64,000 bases of DNA. Origin: Tubiluchus corallicola. Lineage: Eukaryota; Animalia; Priapulida. Below the pieces are notes generated by a model. The model ran no database searches. It was not told the origin of the DNA and saw only the letters and a program-made list of their open reading frames with translations. This document shows, in pieces, positions 28,011 through 62,100 of the stretch. The number at the start of each line of letters is the position of its first letter. Position 1 is the stretch's first letter. The stretch lies in NCBI GenBank assembly GCA_030141605.1, contig JAQGDQ010000122.1:496001-560000 (forward strand), in the 5' to 3' direction. A program made the position numbers and the translations under genes.

Positions 28011-29960
28011 TTATTGTTCATCCTCTGTCTCATCTAGATCTTCAGGTAGCGCAAGTCCACGTGATGCAATGTCAGCAGACACATTCGACTGTGCACTATA
28101 GGTTTCTAAAAGATTCTGCAAATCTACATCTACAGCCCGATAGTCCCCAAAATCATCGAGCATGGTACAATCTTCTGAAGTACTTGATGGAACTGATGTA
28201 GGTACAGGTGGCTCAGGAGGAGGTTGCGAAGGCCTCTGCCTGGGCCGAACAGCCTTTACCTTCTTGTTCTCATTAATCTCATTGAGATTCTGAGCACATG
28301 CACTGACATTTCTTTCCACATTTGCCCTTGCTAATTCACGATCCATTATATCAATATAGTCCTGTAAATTATCATTCAGTGAATTATCATCTTGAAGTCT
28401 GTTCATTTCCTTATGAAAAGTATCCTCTTCCTCTTCACCATAGCCACTCATTCCTGAACTAGAATCACTATCACTGTCAAATGGTATTGCGAAATCCAGA
28501 ATTTTTCCGACTGATTCGGCAAATGAGTCAAAATCCATATTAGATTTACTAGAATTTTTTTTATTTTGATTAGCCTTGCCACACAATTTTGTGGCAGAAT
28601 CACCACTGGCTTTACGATGATGAGAACTTGTTCTTGTACCACTCCCACTAGCCCCAAACTGATACTGTGCAAGAATCTGATCCACATCATCTGGGCTTAG
28701 CTCCAGCCAATCCTCACTATCTGGTGGCTTTAACCTTTTCTCCTGCTGTTTAAGCACATCCATATCGTAATCCAAATGAGCAAACTGAGCTGCTATTTTC
28801 CCAGATATATTACCTATGTGACCACGTACGGCAACCTCGTAAATTTTGCGCGACTCAGACAACAGCTTCTGGAACTGAACTGACCCTTCAACCTCGTTCT
28901 TAAAGTAACCAGTTTCTTTTAGCTTTTCTAAATATCGGTTCCAGCGAATCACACTAACTTCATGCTGATCAAAACTTGTGTTGCCTTGCAGTGCTTCTAA
29001 CTTTGTGCCCTCCGAGAGCAGAATCTCAAAGCCACAGGCAAGTTTCATACCAAGATCATATGATATATATCGAGGGCTATTAGGTGTAGGAATATTCCAA
29101 CCTACTATGTGATCTGGCTCATACCGTTGTTGCCTCAACTGTGCGTATAAATTTCGACTAAACATCACTTCAGTCATAACTCGAGTTTCTGGAGGAAAAT
29201 GTCTCATCACTTTACAAACATTTTTATGACTAGAATCACGCTGACAAAATGCTCTTACAACTGCTGATATGAGGTGTGGATCAGTCTGTAAAAGTGCCAC
29301 AGCAGCAGCAGGGAGATAACAATGTGCTCGTTGCTTGATCTCAGACAATTTGGCTGGATACTGTGCTACTCTTCGTTTAACCGCCTCTTGTATTTTAGTG
29401 GAAGCCTTGGTCATATGTGTATGTTTGAGTATCATATCAACTGCTTGTGAGATCGAAACCGGGTTTTTCAAAGGAATACCAATGTTGCCAGAACTGTTGG
29501 ACTTCGGTATAATATGCACTTCACCTTCATGAATGTAGACACGATTAATACTGCTTTCAGGATTTAACCATGATGGAAGGTGATCTGCAGCTTCTATTAG
29601 TAAAAATTCACCATCAACGTCATTGACTTGAATGACAATGTCCAGATACTCTTTTGAAAGTTCCAAAAGAAGAAACACAATAAACCACTCATCTTCTATG
29701 TAATCTCCTACTTTTGTACAACCATATAGATGTAAAGGAAAAGAGTCCACATTTTGCATATCTGCTGGAGAAAGAGTGAAATTTTCATTTTGCCAAATGT
29801 AACTAGCCAAATATTTCGTCAATGAAGCAATGTAGAGGTCAACACGCGAATCTGCAGAGGTTACATCTTGTTTTCCAGTACCGACTTGGATAGGGATCGA
29901 CGAAATAAAAATTCTATAATTTACTTTATCTTCCAATGCTGAATCGCCGTTATGCGCCAT
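28011..29960 (-). CDS. ECD: Protein ecdysoneless homolog (ECD/SGT1 family), intronless, 649 aa
   Basis: Uninterrupted ORF with ECD motifs YIWQNENF, GDYIEDEWFIVFLL, DVDGEFLLIEAADHLPSWLNPE, NRVYIHEGEVHII, LYAQL, LGMKLACGFEIL, DSEDWL, MDRELA, VDVDL. First ATG is at 29960 (GACATGG); the listed ORF start at 30038 is a TTG. AATAAA on the - strand at 27783-27778. Confidence 0.95.
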   Translation of the reverse strand: MAHNGDSALEDKVNYRIFISSIPIQVGTGKQDVTSADSRVDLYIASLTKYLASYIWQNENFTLSPADMQNVDSFPLHLYGCTKVGDYIEDEWFIVFLLLELSKEYLDIVIQVNDVDGEFLLIEAADHLPSWLNPESSINRVYIHEGEVHIIPKSNSSGNIGIPLKNPVSISQAVDMILKHTHMTKASTKIQEAVKRRVAQYPAKLSEIKQRAHCYLPAAAVALLQTDPHLISAVVRAFCQRDSSHKNVCKVMRHFPPETRVMTEVMFSRNLYAQLRQQRYEPDHIVGWNIPTPNSPRYISYDLGMKLACGFEILLSEGTKLEALQGNTSFDQHEVSVIRWNRYLEKLKETGYFKNEVEGSVQFQKLLSESRKIYEVAVRGHIGNISGKIAAQFAHLDYDMDVLKQQEKRLKPPDSEDWLELSPDDVDQILAQYQFGASGSGTRTSSHHRKASGDSATKLCGKANQNKKNSSKSNMDFDSFAESVGKILDFAIPFDSDSDSSSGMSGYGEEEEDTFHKEMNRLQDDNSLNDNLQDYIDIMDRELARANVERNVSACAQNLNEINENKKVKAVRPRQRPSQPPPEPPVPTSVPSSTSEDCTMLDDFGDYRAVDVDLQNLLETYSAQSNVSADIASRGLALPEDLDETEDEQ

Positions 29961-30161
29961 GTCAAAAGAACCGAAAAGGGTATGTGCAGAATTTCTGCTA
30001 CTAGCGAAGATTATCAACCATATCGAGAAAACAGCCAAACACTATTCAATACAAATCTTATGATTCTAATTATATTAACGAGAAAAACTGACTAAGCATT
30101 AACCACTCCTTCGACCAGTAGAAATAACTGTATTAATTCAACGATTCGATTTGGTAGCTCA

Positions 30162-30195
30162 GAAACGCACTGCTAAAAGCATATTCTTCACGACT
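30162..30195 (-). promoter_or_regulatory. Bipartite upstream motif, copy 3 (ECD)
   Basis: GAAACGCACTGCT-aaaagca-TATTCTTCACGACT, about 200 bp upstream of the ECD ATG. Confidence 0.55.
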
Positions 30196-31229
30196 ATGTC
30201 ACCAGATATTTCTAGCGAATGCGAGATCAATTTGCACTGCCTCATTTCTTTAATCTTTAAGTTAGGGGTTAAGTTGTGATGCGCGTTATGTTGCATGTAG
30301 GCTAAACAGCTAGGGTTATTGAAGGAAATAAGACATTCATATACATGATCACAATCTTACATTTGCGTTCTGCATATGAGAGTTAATTATTGCAATAGAA
30401 CTGCATACAAGTAATTCGCCATAAATTGCTATCTGGAATCTTTAGTATATTAACAGTTTAAATATTTTGCTTTCTTCATTGGAGCTGACATCACTAGCTT
30501 TTTGGCGAGTTTTGTAATTCATAATGGGAAAGAGCCCTCAACTGTAACCTCATTACTAAGAATTTATATATTATACACGTTTATTCAAATTGATGGCCAG
30601 TAATCAACTCACTCGCTTCTGCCTGCACTCTTGCTTATATCCCTTGACGCCAGCAGGCTGGAATTCTTTTGCAACAGCTCTAACACAGTACTTTAGGGTG
30701 TGGCGGTTTCTTCAGCGCCATTTTATCTTAATATTATAAGCAAGCCATTTTTCAAAACAATAAACTTTACATCTCCAATTTTTCAACCAAATCATACAAC
30801 AATTTCTTACTAATAATTCGATATACTTTTCTTCCTTGCTCCTTATGATATTCAGTGAATTCAGAACTGCTGATTGCTCTTTGCACGATTCAGAAATTCT
30901 CTGAATTTTTTCAGTCTCGTGGTATTAACCCACCATACATTTATATCAGCTTTACACAAAGAACTACTCAAATAATCTTTATGCGAATTTTTGTAATGGT
31001 ATTTAACCTCCCTTATAGTGAGGCTCACCTTCATAAATTATAGTGACTTACTTTTTTTGGAAACCACACTGATATTATAAAATGCACGTACACATATGCA
31101 TACATATATACATATTATATCACCTTATACTAATATTGTTATATAATTAGAATAGAATAAAAGTAATAGAACTTAATAATCACGTAAAAAATAATTTTAT
31201 ATATCATTCACACGATCAGAACATTTCAC

Positions 31230-31450
31230 GAAAACGAAACTAACAACAGAAATTGCAAACTCAACACCTCGATCTGCTCTGGCAATTAAATCCTCATAAC
31301 CAACATAATCAAGGCAAAAAATTTTGTAGGCATTGCACGACAACAGTTTCGTGTACATAACAGTTAGTGCTCCCATTATTTGAAAATTATAATTTCTTAA
31401 GTGTATTTCAAATTCACTGCATTTCAAGAATGCTTGATTAATGTGGTCAT
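31230..31450 (-). mobile_element. Possible ancient LINE endonuclease (APE) remnant
   Basis: HINQAFLKCSEFEIHLRNYNFQIMGALTVMYTKL...GYEDLIARADRGVEFAISV loosely follows the CR1/L2 APE N-terminus (HLNIRSL...FDVIGLSETWL...GY...R..GGGVA); weak similarity. Confidence 0.35.
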
Positions 31451-32273
31451 ACCATTTGTTTTTAATTTAAATTCAAGATTTACCTTACGAGTATTTTACC
31501 TTTAATCATTTTTTACATTCAGATTTTATTTATTTGTGTATCTGATTATAATCTGTTATATCTATAGTTCATCATACCAACCTTTTTATTGTGTATTTGG
31601 TCTGATAATACTTGCTTAGCCAATCTTTAATCATGTGGGTTTATTAGAAATTCTAATAAATTAGAATTTATGGTAATGAAACATCAAAAAAATCTATAAT
31701 CAACTCTCTTTCTAAGTTGCTGGTCCATGCGTAATAACATTTGTCCTAAATGGTATTTTAAATTTTTTATTCTCACTTCCAGATATTCGTCCGTGCCTCA
31801 CCGGCACTATTATTTTACTTTTTGGAAAGAAAATTATCATCATTTGATACACAAACAGCCTGGCCATAATTTTTATGTTCTATGATTGCAACTTTCATTG
31901 TTATTTTTATCAACTATGTTTTTGCTGTTGTTATCTTGTCCCTTATAAGTACTTATATTTATGCATTACAGGTATTTCTCCATTTCTGAGACATTCTTAC
32001 AATTATTTCTTTTCAATGAATATGCCAGTAAGCGCCTGCTTGAATGTATTTGTCGCCCGAAAAAGCTGAAATTACTGTGACGAATTGAACATGGACACAA
32101 AATGTAAAGATTTTTCGTGAAAAGCTTTTAGTGTTGTTGCCGGTCTTGTAAAAAGCGTGCGAAGTGAAATCTAAATAAGTACAGAATAAAAGAAAGTTCT
32201 TGGAAAATATAAAGGGATACCTAGTGAGGCTTCGAAACAAGTAAGCTTACAGCTAGTAAGTAAAAAATGTATC

Positions 32274-32430
32274 CCTTCATTGCGTCTGCGTTTAGATGAT
32301 AATCAGTTGCGTATTGCTGCCGCGCTTCGATAGGGTGCTTATATTTGTCATCTTCATCAAATGTGGAACTTTTGTAGATAGTTCAGGAGCCCACGGCCTA
32401 AGCTGTTTAAAAAGCAGTGGTCGTTTTTCA
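32274..32430 (+). mobile_element. Fragment of a CRE-like (RLE-type) non-LTR retrotransposon, zinc-knuckle region
   Basis: PSLRLRLDDNQLRIAAALR*GAYICHLHQ / CGTFVDSSGAHGLSCLKSSGRFS (one stop, one frameshift) matches the LRLDxxxLRIAVxLRLG...CxCG..VD..GxHGLSC...GR pattern. Confidence 0.75.
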
Positions 32431-32919
32431 GCTGAAGTTTGGTAATAATTAAATTTCAGAGAATAGAAGTAGGCAAAATGTTTAACAAACATAAGACATA
32501 ACCCATTAATAAGTCATTAAGTGAGTTGAAAATTTGACATCATTCTCGACTGTCATTGATCAATTATTCATGCTGAAATTTTATAATGCTTTTGTAATAA
32601 AACGAAAACTAGATGACAAGCTTACATAGCTAGCTGAAGTTTGTTGATCTTATTCAGTGTTATGTGGTGATTAGTAGAGCTCAAAAATAATTGAGTAGTG
32701 AACGTTGGGTGAAGAACTAAAAGTTACCAGGTTCTGGCACTCTATCAGAAATATCACTATTTTAATGTGCCATTTAAAGTTTTGGTACTTGAATTGAGTA
32801 AGACTGGAAAGCTCTACCTAATCAATAGGTTTTTTAAAGTTACTTTCACTTGGCTTAGATAGAGCATTCAAAATTTTATTATATTTTCTATTTGCACCTA
32901 CACGTGGAACAGTTGTTGA

Positions 32920-42188
<9,269 letters not shown>

Positions 42189-45100
42189 TAGTGTGTCGTG
42201 TGATGTGTAGCCTTTTCACACTGAGTCTGTTTACTTGTACTGGCTGGTTTACTCAGATGGATTACTTAAGCCGGTTTAAGCCCGTTAAAATAATGCCTGT
42301 ATTAGTTCAAAAAAATAAAGATAACTTGTTATTTGTTTTCCAGTTAACGAATGTTATGTCCAAAATGTTGTTTTGCCAAGTGTTTCTGGAAAATACCTAA
42401 GTGCCACATGTGATGCCTTTTATCACACTTAAGTTGAGACTGACACCAACATTTGATAAATGTTGGTAAAAAAATTTGTAATTATAATGGGTTCATTACT
42501 CTGGTTGCCCATGGAAACTTGTTATTTTTTTATAATGGAGATTTTGAAGCTCGTGATATTAAAAAAAGCAAATTGAACTGTACTGATGTTTCAGTAAACA
42601 TTCGCTCCATTACAGAACTTAACAGTCTTTTGAAAAAATAATTTTAATGCTTTTCATATTACTTTTCCTACTAAACAAAATATTTGTTTCTGTCTGTTGT
42701 TTCTGACTTCGTTTTAATATAACTGTTTAACAGGACCAAGCAGTCGTGCTGGGTAAATGCACTACACAGCCTTTCAGTGTGAATAGGCTACAGGAGCAAG
42801 TTAACTGTGATCGCATATAGCATACCCTTGTAGTTTGTCAGGGAATGACCAAGTCATAGTTGATTCATTTGTAACAAGGTTCATGGTGTTGTGTTGCCAT
42901 GACTACGATTTGTTGCATAGGTGCATTGGGAAAACAAATGCTCGTGTACTTATTGGACAAGTTTCCAGAGATAAGCATTATTGTTAATGTAAAACGAAAA
43001 AATACCAAGTGACCTACAGGCGCAACGCAAGCTTGTGACATTACGGTTCTTGAAGTCATGAACATTTTGGTTCAAAGTGCTAACCTGTATTTTTAATTGA
43101 GAAACTCGACCCAAATTGCTACTTATGTAGACGTTGTTTGTTTTTAAGGAGGTTGACGTAAAACACTGCAGACACTGTTTTCACCAAAATGGCAACATTA
43201 GCTTTCCAAATGCACCTTATTTCCTATTCACCTTAAAAGCAATCCTATATGCTTGAACCACCTACTTCCTGTTCAGAATATAACATCTCAGGGTGTGTAA
43301 ATTAATAAGTATTGTTTATATGAACACCTTTTAATTCACTTAGTTCAGTTTTACGTTTATGAAATTTCATTTTCGTAGTACGTTTGTCAAAATTGTAATC
43401 ATAAAACTTGTGGTTTTGAGGTAAGACCTCGCATATATCTGACTACTGAAAATTCAGCTTTGTTGTGTTCTTCGTGTTTTGCTGTATATAAAAACTGCTG
43501 TATTCATTTCTACAATAGCGCATGTGCCTCACCGAACTGTAGCAGAGTGAATAAAATATACTGTACCATGTAAATTCTTTCTTTACGTTTCTTATAGCTT
43601 TACAGACTGAAAGCCGCTTAATGGGTATACTGAATGTACATTCCAAGCAATGTTTAGATATTAGTGCAGGCACCCGGTAGTCTATAATCAAAACAAATTT
43701 TTCAGTACACTTATTGATTTATTATGATGCTATACAAAATTACCACTTAAAAGTACACACTATACAGTAATTCTATACAAACTTGTAAATAAAGTATTTC
43801 TTTACATACATCTTTTATACAACAATATTAAGTATAGGGGAAGGTGTTCAGGACTGCTGGACTGTACATAATGACCTAACCAAGTGAAAACAAAGCACTG
43901 CATTTATAACTTAAATGTAGGCCATAACAATAATCAGAAACTCTCCTTCATTGTACTGAATAAAATAAGGAAATATAATTAAATAACTTTTGTTAGCAAC
44001 AACTCTTTTCCAAGTTTCAAACAAACCTTTAGCTTTATCTACTGCAAGGGACACCACTGTGCACTGTAATAATGGGAACTACAGGAAATAAGACGTTTTA
44101 ACTAAGTGCAAACCATAATGCTCAATTTTCCATAATTCCAGTAAATAGAAAACAACAGTGTTTAACTAGGAAATGGAAGGAAGGAACAAACAATGAACAG
44201 TGCTGAAAACGGGTGATTATAACTTTAAAATACTAATGCACCACAAACAGTTATGAACTTGAAGGCGTTAATAAATATGGTTTTTGCCTATAGTGATAAT
44301 GAACAGCCATAATTTGCCTAATCAGAAAGCGCTGCAAAAGTGATTCGCAAAAGCAGGTAAAATGATTCGCTTTTACATCGTTTTAAATAAAATGGGCCTA
44401 CCTATATAAATTAAAACTAAAAAAAAACAAAGCAGAAAATTCTTTTTGGACGTTTAAAATACTTTTAATTCTTCAAAAACCAGCGAAATGACATGTCACA
44501 GGCCACAATGACGGCAGCCAAATCTTCTAAGACGTGAATGGCATCAATATTTACAAAATAATATCTCTACTTCTAATTACTATTTACATTATGTACAAAA
44601 TTTTTATACAAGTTTGTTCTCGCTCGCGAAACAATCTGTAAATCTTACATAATGAGACTATATGAAGGAATGTTAAAACAGCCAAATCACTAACAGCAAA
44701 AGCACCACAATCAGTGCCTTAGTCTACATACAGTGTAAGACATCATCGCTCTATTCACGTGTATTTGTACATCGACTGGTTTCTGAAAACAATTATTAAA
44801 TTGGACAATAATATCTTCTCAACATGTCAGCTGTATATGCATTAACTGATCATACAAGCATGATTATATTTGAGCATCAATAATTTAAACCTAAAAATAC
44901 AGGCGAATATTAAAGTACAACTCAATAACAACATGATTGGGTAACGGGCGCACAAAAACTTGAATCAAAGCGCAAGTACTGTGCATAAAGCTGCGAGATA
45001 CTACTGCTAATTATTTACTTAACTTAGAGCAAAAACAATCAATAGATTAATGATTTACAGTGATTAATCATTAGAGATGCAATTTGGTACTTGAACATCT

Positions 45101-45461
45101 TTGGCAGTGATAAATCATCTCATTACTATAAAATGCCTCATCTCAAAATCTTTCTAATGTAAATATAATTTATATAATGGGTTTGATTCAGAAATCCATG
45201 ATTTACGCTATAAAACATCTACATTCGTATATTTACAACATGTTTTAACACTAACACCGGCTACGTTAACTTGATAAAGATCATTCACACATCACAGACA
45301 CACCTGCACTTTCTTGGTAAGGGTCTGTTCACACATCATGGAAACAAGACAAATTGCGACACTGAAAACTAACGACATTGAGCTATATACAAAAATATCG
45401 ACTAGGTTTTGGGGTAAACAAAGTATAACAACAATAACAATGGTCCATGATGTGAACAATG

Positions 45462-59129
<13,668 letters not shown>

Positions 59130-62100
59130 CTGAAATAGAAGGAAAACGTGCTCAATGGTTGTCAGAAAATTTTTTCTAAAGCCGTAATAGACCAATTTGA
59201 GTGTGACTCAGCATCAACAATGAGCCCTTTAAAGTCCAGAGTTTTGTCAACAATGCGTATTCGTGTTTCTCAAGATGTTGCTGTAGCAAAAGCTCATTCA
59301 TTTCTATAACAAGTTTTCTAAACGTTTTCCTCATCTAACAATAGATGGCATTTCCTGATAGTGGACAATAACAGTGAAATTGGGAGTAAACAGGCAGTTG
59401 AGAAAATTGCACCATGTTACCCGAAGCAGGAGGCCTGATTAAAGAAATTACACGTTGTGCACATTACTACGCAAAACAGATACAAGGATTTAGGAATTTT
59501 TTTAAAAAGTTACTTTTATGAGCAAAGGTAATCCCAAATGAACTAGAATGCGCTTTTGAATTAAGTTTGACAGTATGTCAGACATCATTTTGTTGCACAT
59601 TTCACAAATTCTACGACTATTTAAAAGAAATGCACACATTTCATAGGTTATCTTTGAATGTTCATATTTTTAAAACATAGGGGGCAAACCTCCCGTACAT
59701 AGATGGCGAAGTGCTGTCAGTACAATGCCCACTTAGAAGTGCGACATTTTTTGGAATGGCTGTACGAGATCAACTCGGATTAACTCCAGCATGCATCTTG
59801 TGGTTGAAGACGTAAAAAACTGCAGCTAGTCTATTTTTATCAGTCTTACAAGGCCGCTGTAGCATGATGCTTCAAATCAGCACTTAAGGCTTACTTCAAA
59901 CTGCTTTTAAAATCCTCTCCAAATCCAAACAGCTGCAAAGAACTGGCAAATAATCTCTAAATAAGCCCGTGCATGATAAACCCGGGAAGAAACTTGAACC
60001 AGTATTTGTGGGAAGCCGCTATGCTTATAATTCCTCGCCAATTTGGAGTATTAGAGCCATCAAATTAGACATCATTACACTTTTTATTAGCAATGGCAAC
60101 CTTAATTAAAATACCACTTTTGTAAAAGCCCATTGCCTAAACTGTAATTCCAACCTTACTTATTGCACATAATATCGTATAAAAATTGAGTATTTCTTGT
60201 CCTGGCTGTATTGGATATACTTGTTTTCATTTCATAGCTTCAACAAGTTCCAGGTTTATTTGCATTTGTAATTCAAAAGAAGAAAAGTCAATAAACAATT
60301 CAGTCAAGTAACCTTACATAAATTTAATGCTGCCTACATTTGCTTACATTGTCAAGATGCCCAATTAAAAAAAATGTAGGTCTGTGGAGCTTAGTATGAG
60401 CAGCCAGTTTCATTCCCAAATGGCATAATCAGCTTTGTTCTTTTAATGGATGACACATCACACAAGTTAAGCCATAATTCACCGCATCTAAATCCTAGAT
60501 TAATAGTCCCTCTTCAGAGATAATAAACCTGACTCATCCTTGTCATGAGTAATCTAAGGCAGCAGCAACAGCAACACAGATAATTACACAAATCTCATCA
60601 GCCGCATCCCTCCTATTTGCATCCTTTTGTGTATTTTGGTTTGCACGATAAGTCACCAACTAGCTGTAGTGAAAAATATACATCATGGACCACCAAAAGA
60701 AGATGATGTAACAGAAACTTGTGTGTGACATTGGAAAAATTTTAACATAAGTAATCAGTCTATTGATGTGTAATACTCCCTTGGAATCAGCTGTTTTAAA
60801 GTACACTAAACCTGGAGGAAGTCATGTTAAAATCGCTTTAACAATTTATGCATTTTACTTTACATCATGCGGTGTTCTTTTCTCGTAATGTAACGTTAAG
60901 TGTATTTTGTGTAAAGTGTGCCGAGATAACTTTTATATAGTGCACTTAAAAAACTATTATTGTTATTCTTTTTTCTTCTTCTTCTTTTTGTTATTATTAT
61001 TATTATTACTATTTCTTAAAAAAACAAGTTTGTGAAAGGAATGATGAAATTCATGGTAAAAAATTCTCAACAGTTTGGTATCTTGCATTCACAATGCCAC
61101 AATTACTGCAAGCCATGTACTCTTATGGCAAAGTGGCAACTGCAACTGTACTTAGTACTACGTACATTGAAATTGTCTAAAATTAATTTATGAATGAAAG
61201 CTTTTGTTTTTCGCTGATTCCCTTTCTCTTCCCACCAAATGCCCTGCATGAACACTTTGTTATTTTTGGCCACGCTTAATGAATATGTTGGTTAGTTTTG
61301 ACAGAGATTCCCCTGAACAGCTGAGACTGAAACATCCTACCGGAGGAGAGAAGAGCATAAATAAACAACGCTGCACAGCATCCCGGTGTCATAGCAACTC
61401 GCAACATGTGCAAAGCTGCCAAACTGCTAATCGAGAGCAAATTGCTATCCGATATCAAAGAGAAGATTGTTGATGCATAGCGCCATCAAGATGCGCCACC
61501 TGTCTTGCTTCAAACAACTTCGTCATCGAAGGGTAACATGCTTCCAAACCAACACGCCCCATGGTCTGAAGTGTCATGGTTACCTTCAGTAAGTGGTCAT
61601 GTGACACAGAGAGAAAATAACTCCCCAAAAGACCCCGAAAGAGGAGATAACTCTCCCGAATACAAAAATATTTTTTCCAATTCAGCAACAGAAAGTCACA
61701 TTTATTGTGAGTGACACTGGTATTGTGGTAACCTTAGGAAGCCAAATGACTTAAGGATATTACATTAGCCTTCATTTTATTTTGTGAAGAAGAAAACAGT
61801 CTCTGGAAGTTAGGCAAACTTGATGACATAGCTTCATGCAATGTTTTACACAGAATGACATTTAGGTTGGTCGCTGTTCAACTTACTTGACTGAATGTAT
61901 AAAAGATTCTAAGGACAGGAATCAGTAGATAGAGACAGTTGTTCGGAAGTGGACCGGTTAGTTGTTTGTTGAGAAAACTTTAATAAAGGACAATTTGTAC
62001 AAGCTAGTATTATTTCTAAAATGTGTCTACAAAACACGGCGATAACAGGCACGTCGATGATCAGATTTTTGATAACCAGTATCATTTTACTTGATTTTTG

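Noticed and set aside
29961-30038. 26-aa N-terminal extension of ECD in the ORF track
   Set aside because: It starts at TTG; the first in-frame ATG is 29960. A 6-codon upstream ORF (30021-30001) exists but its relevance depends on the unknown TSS.
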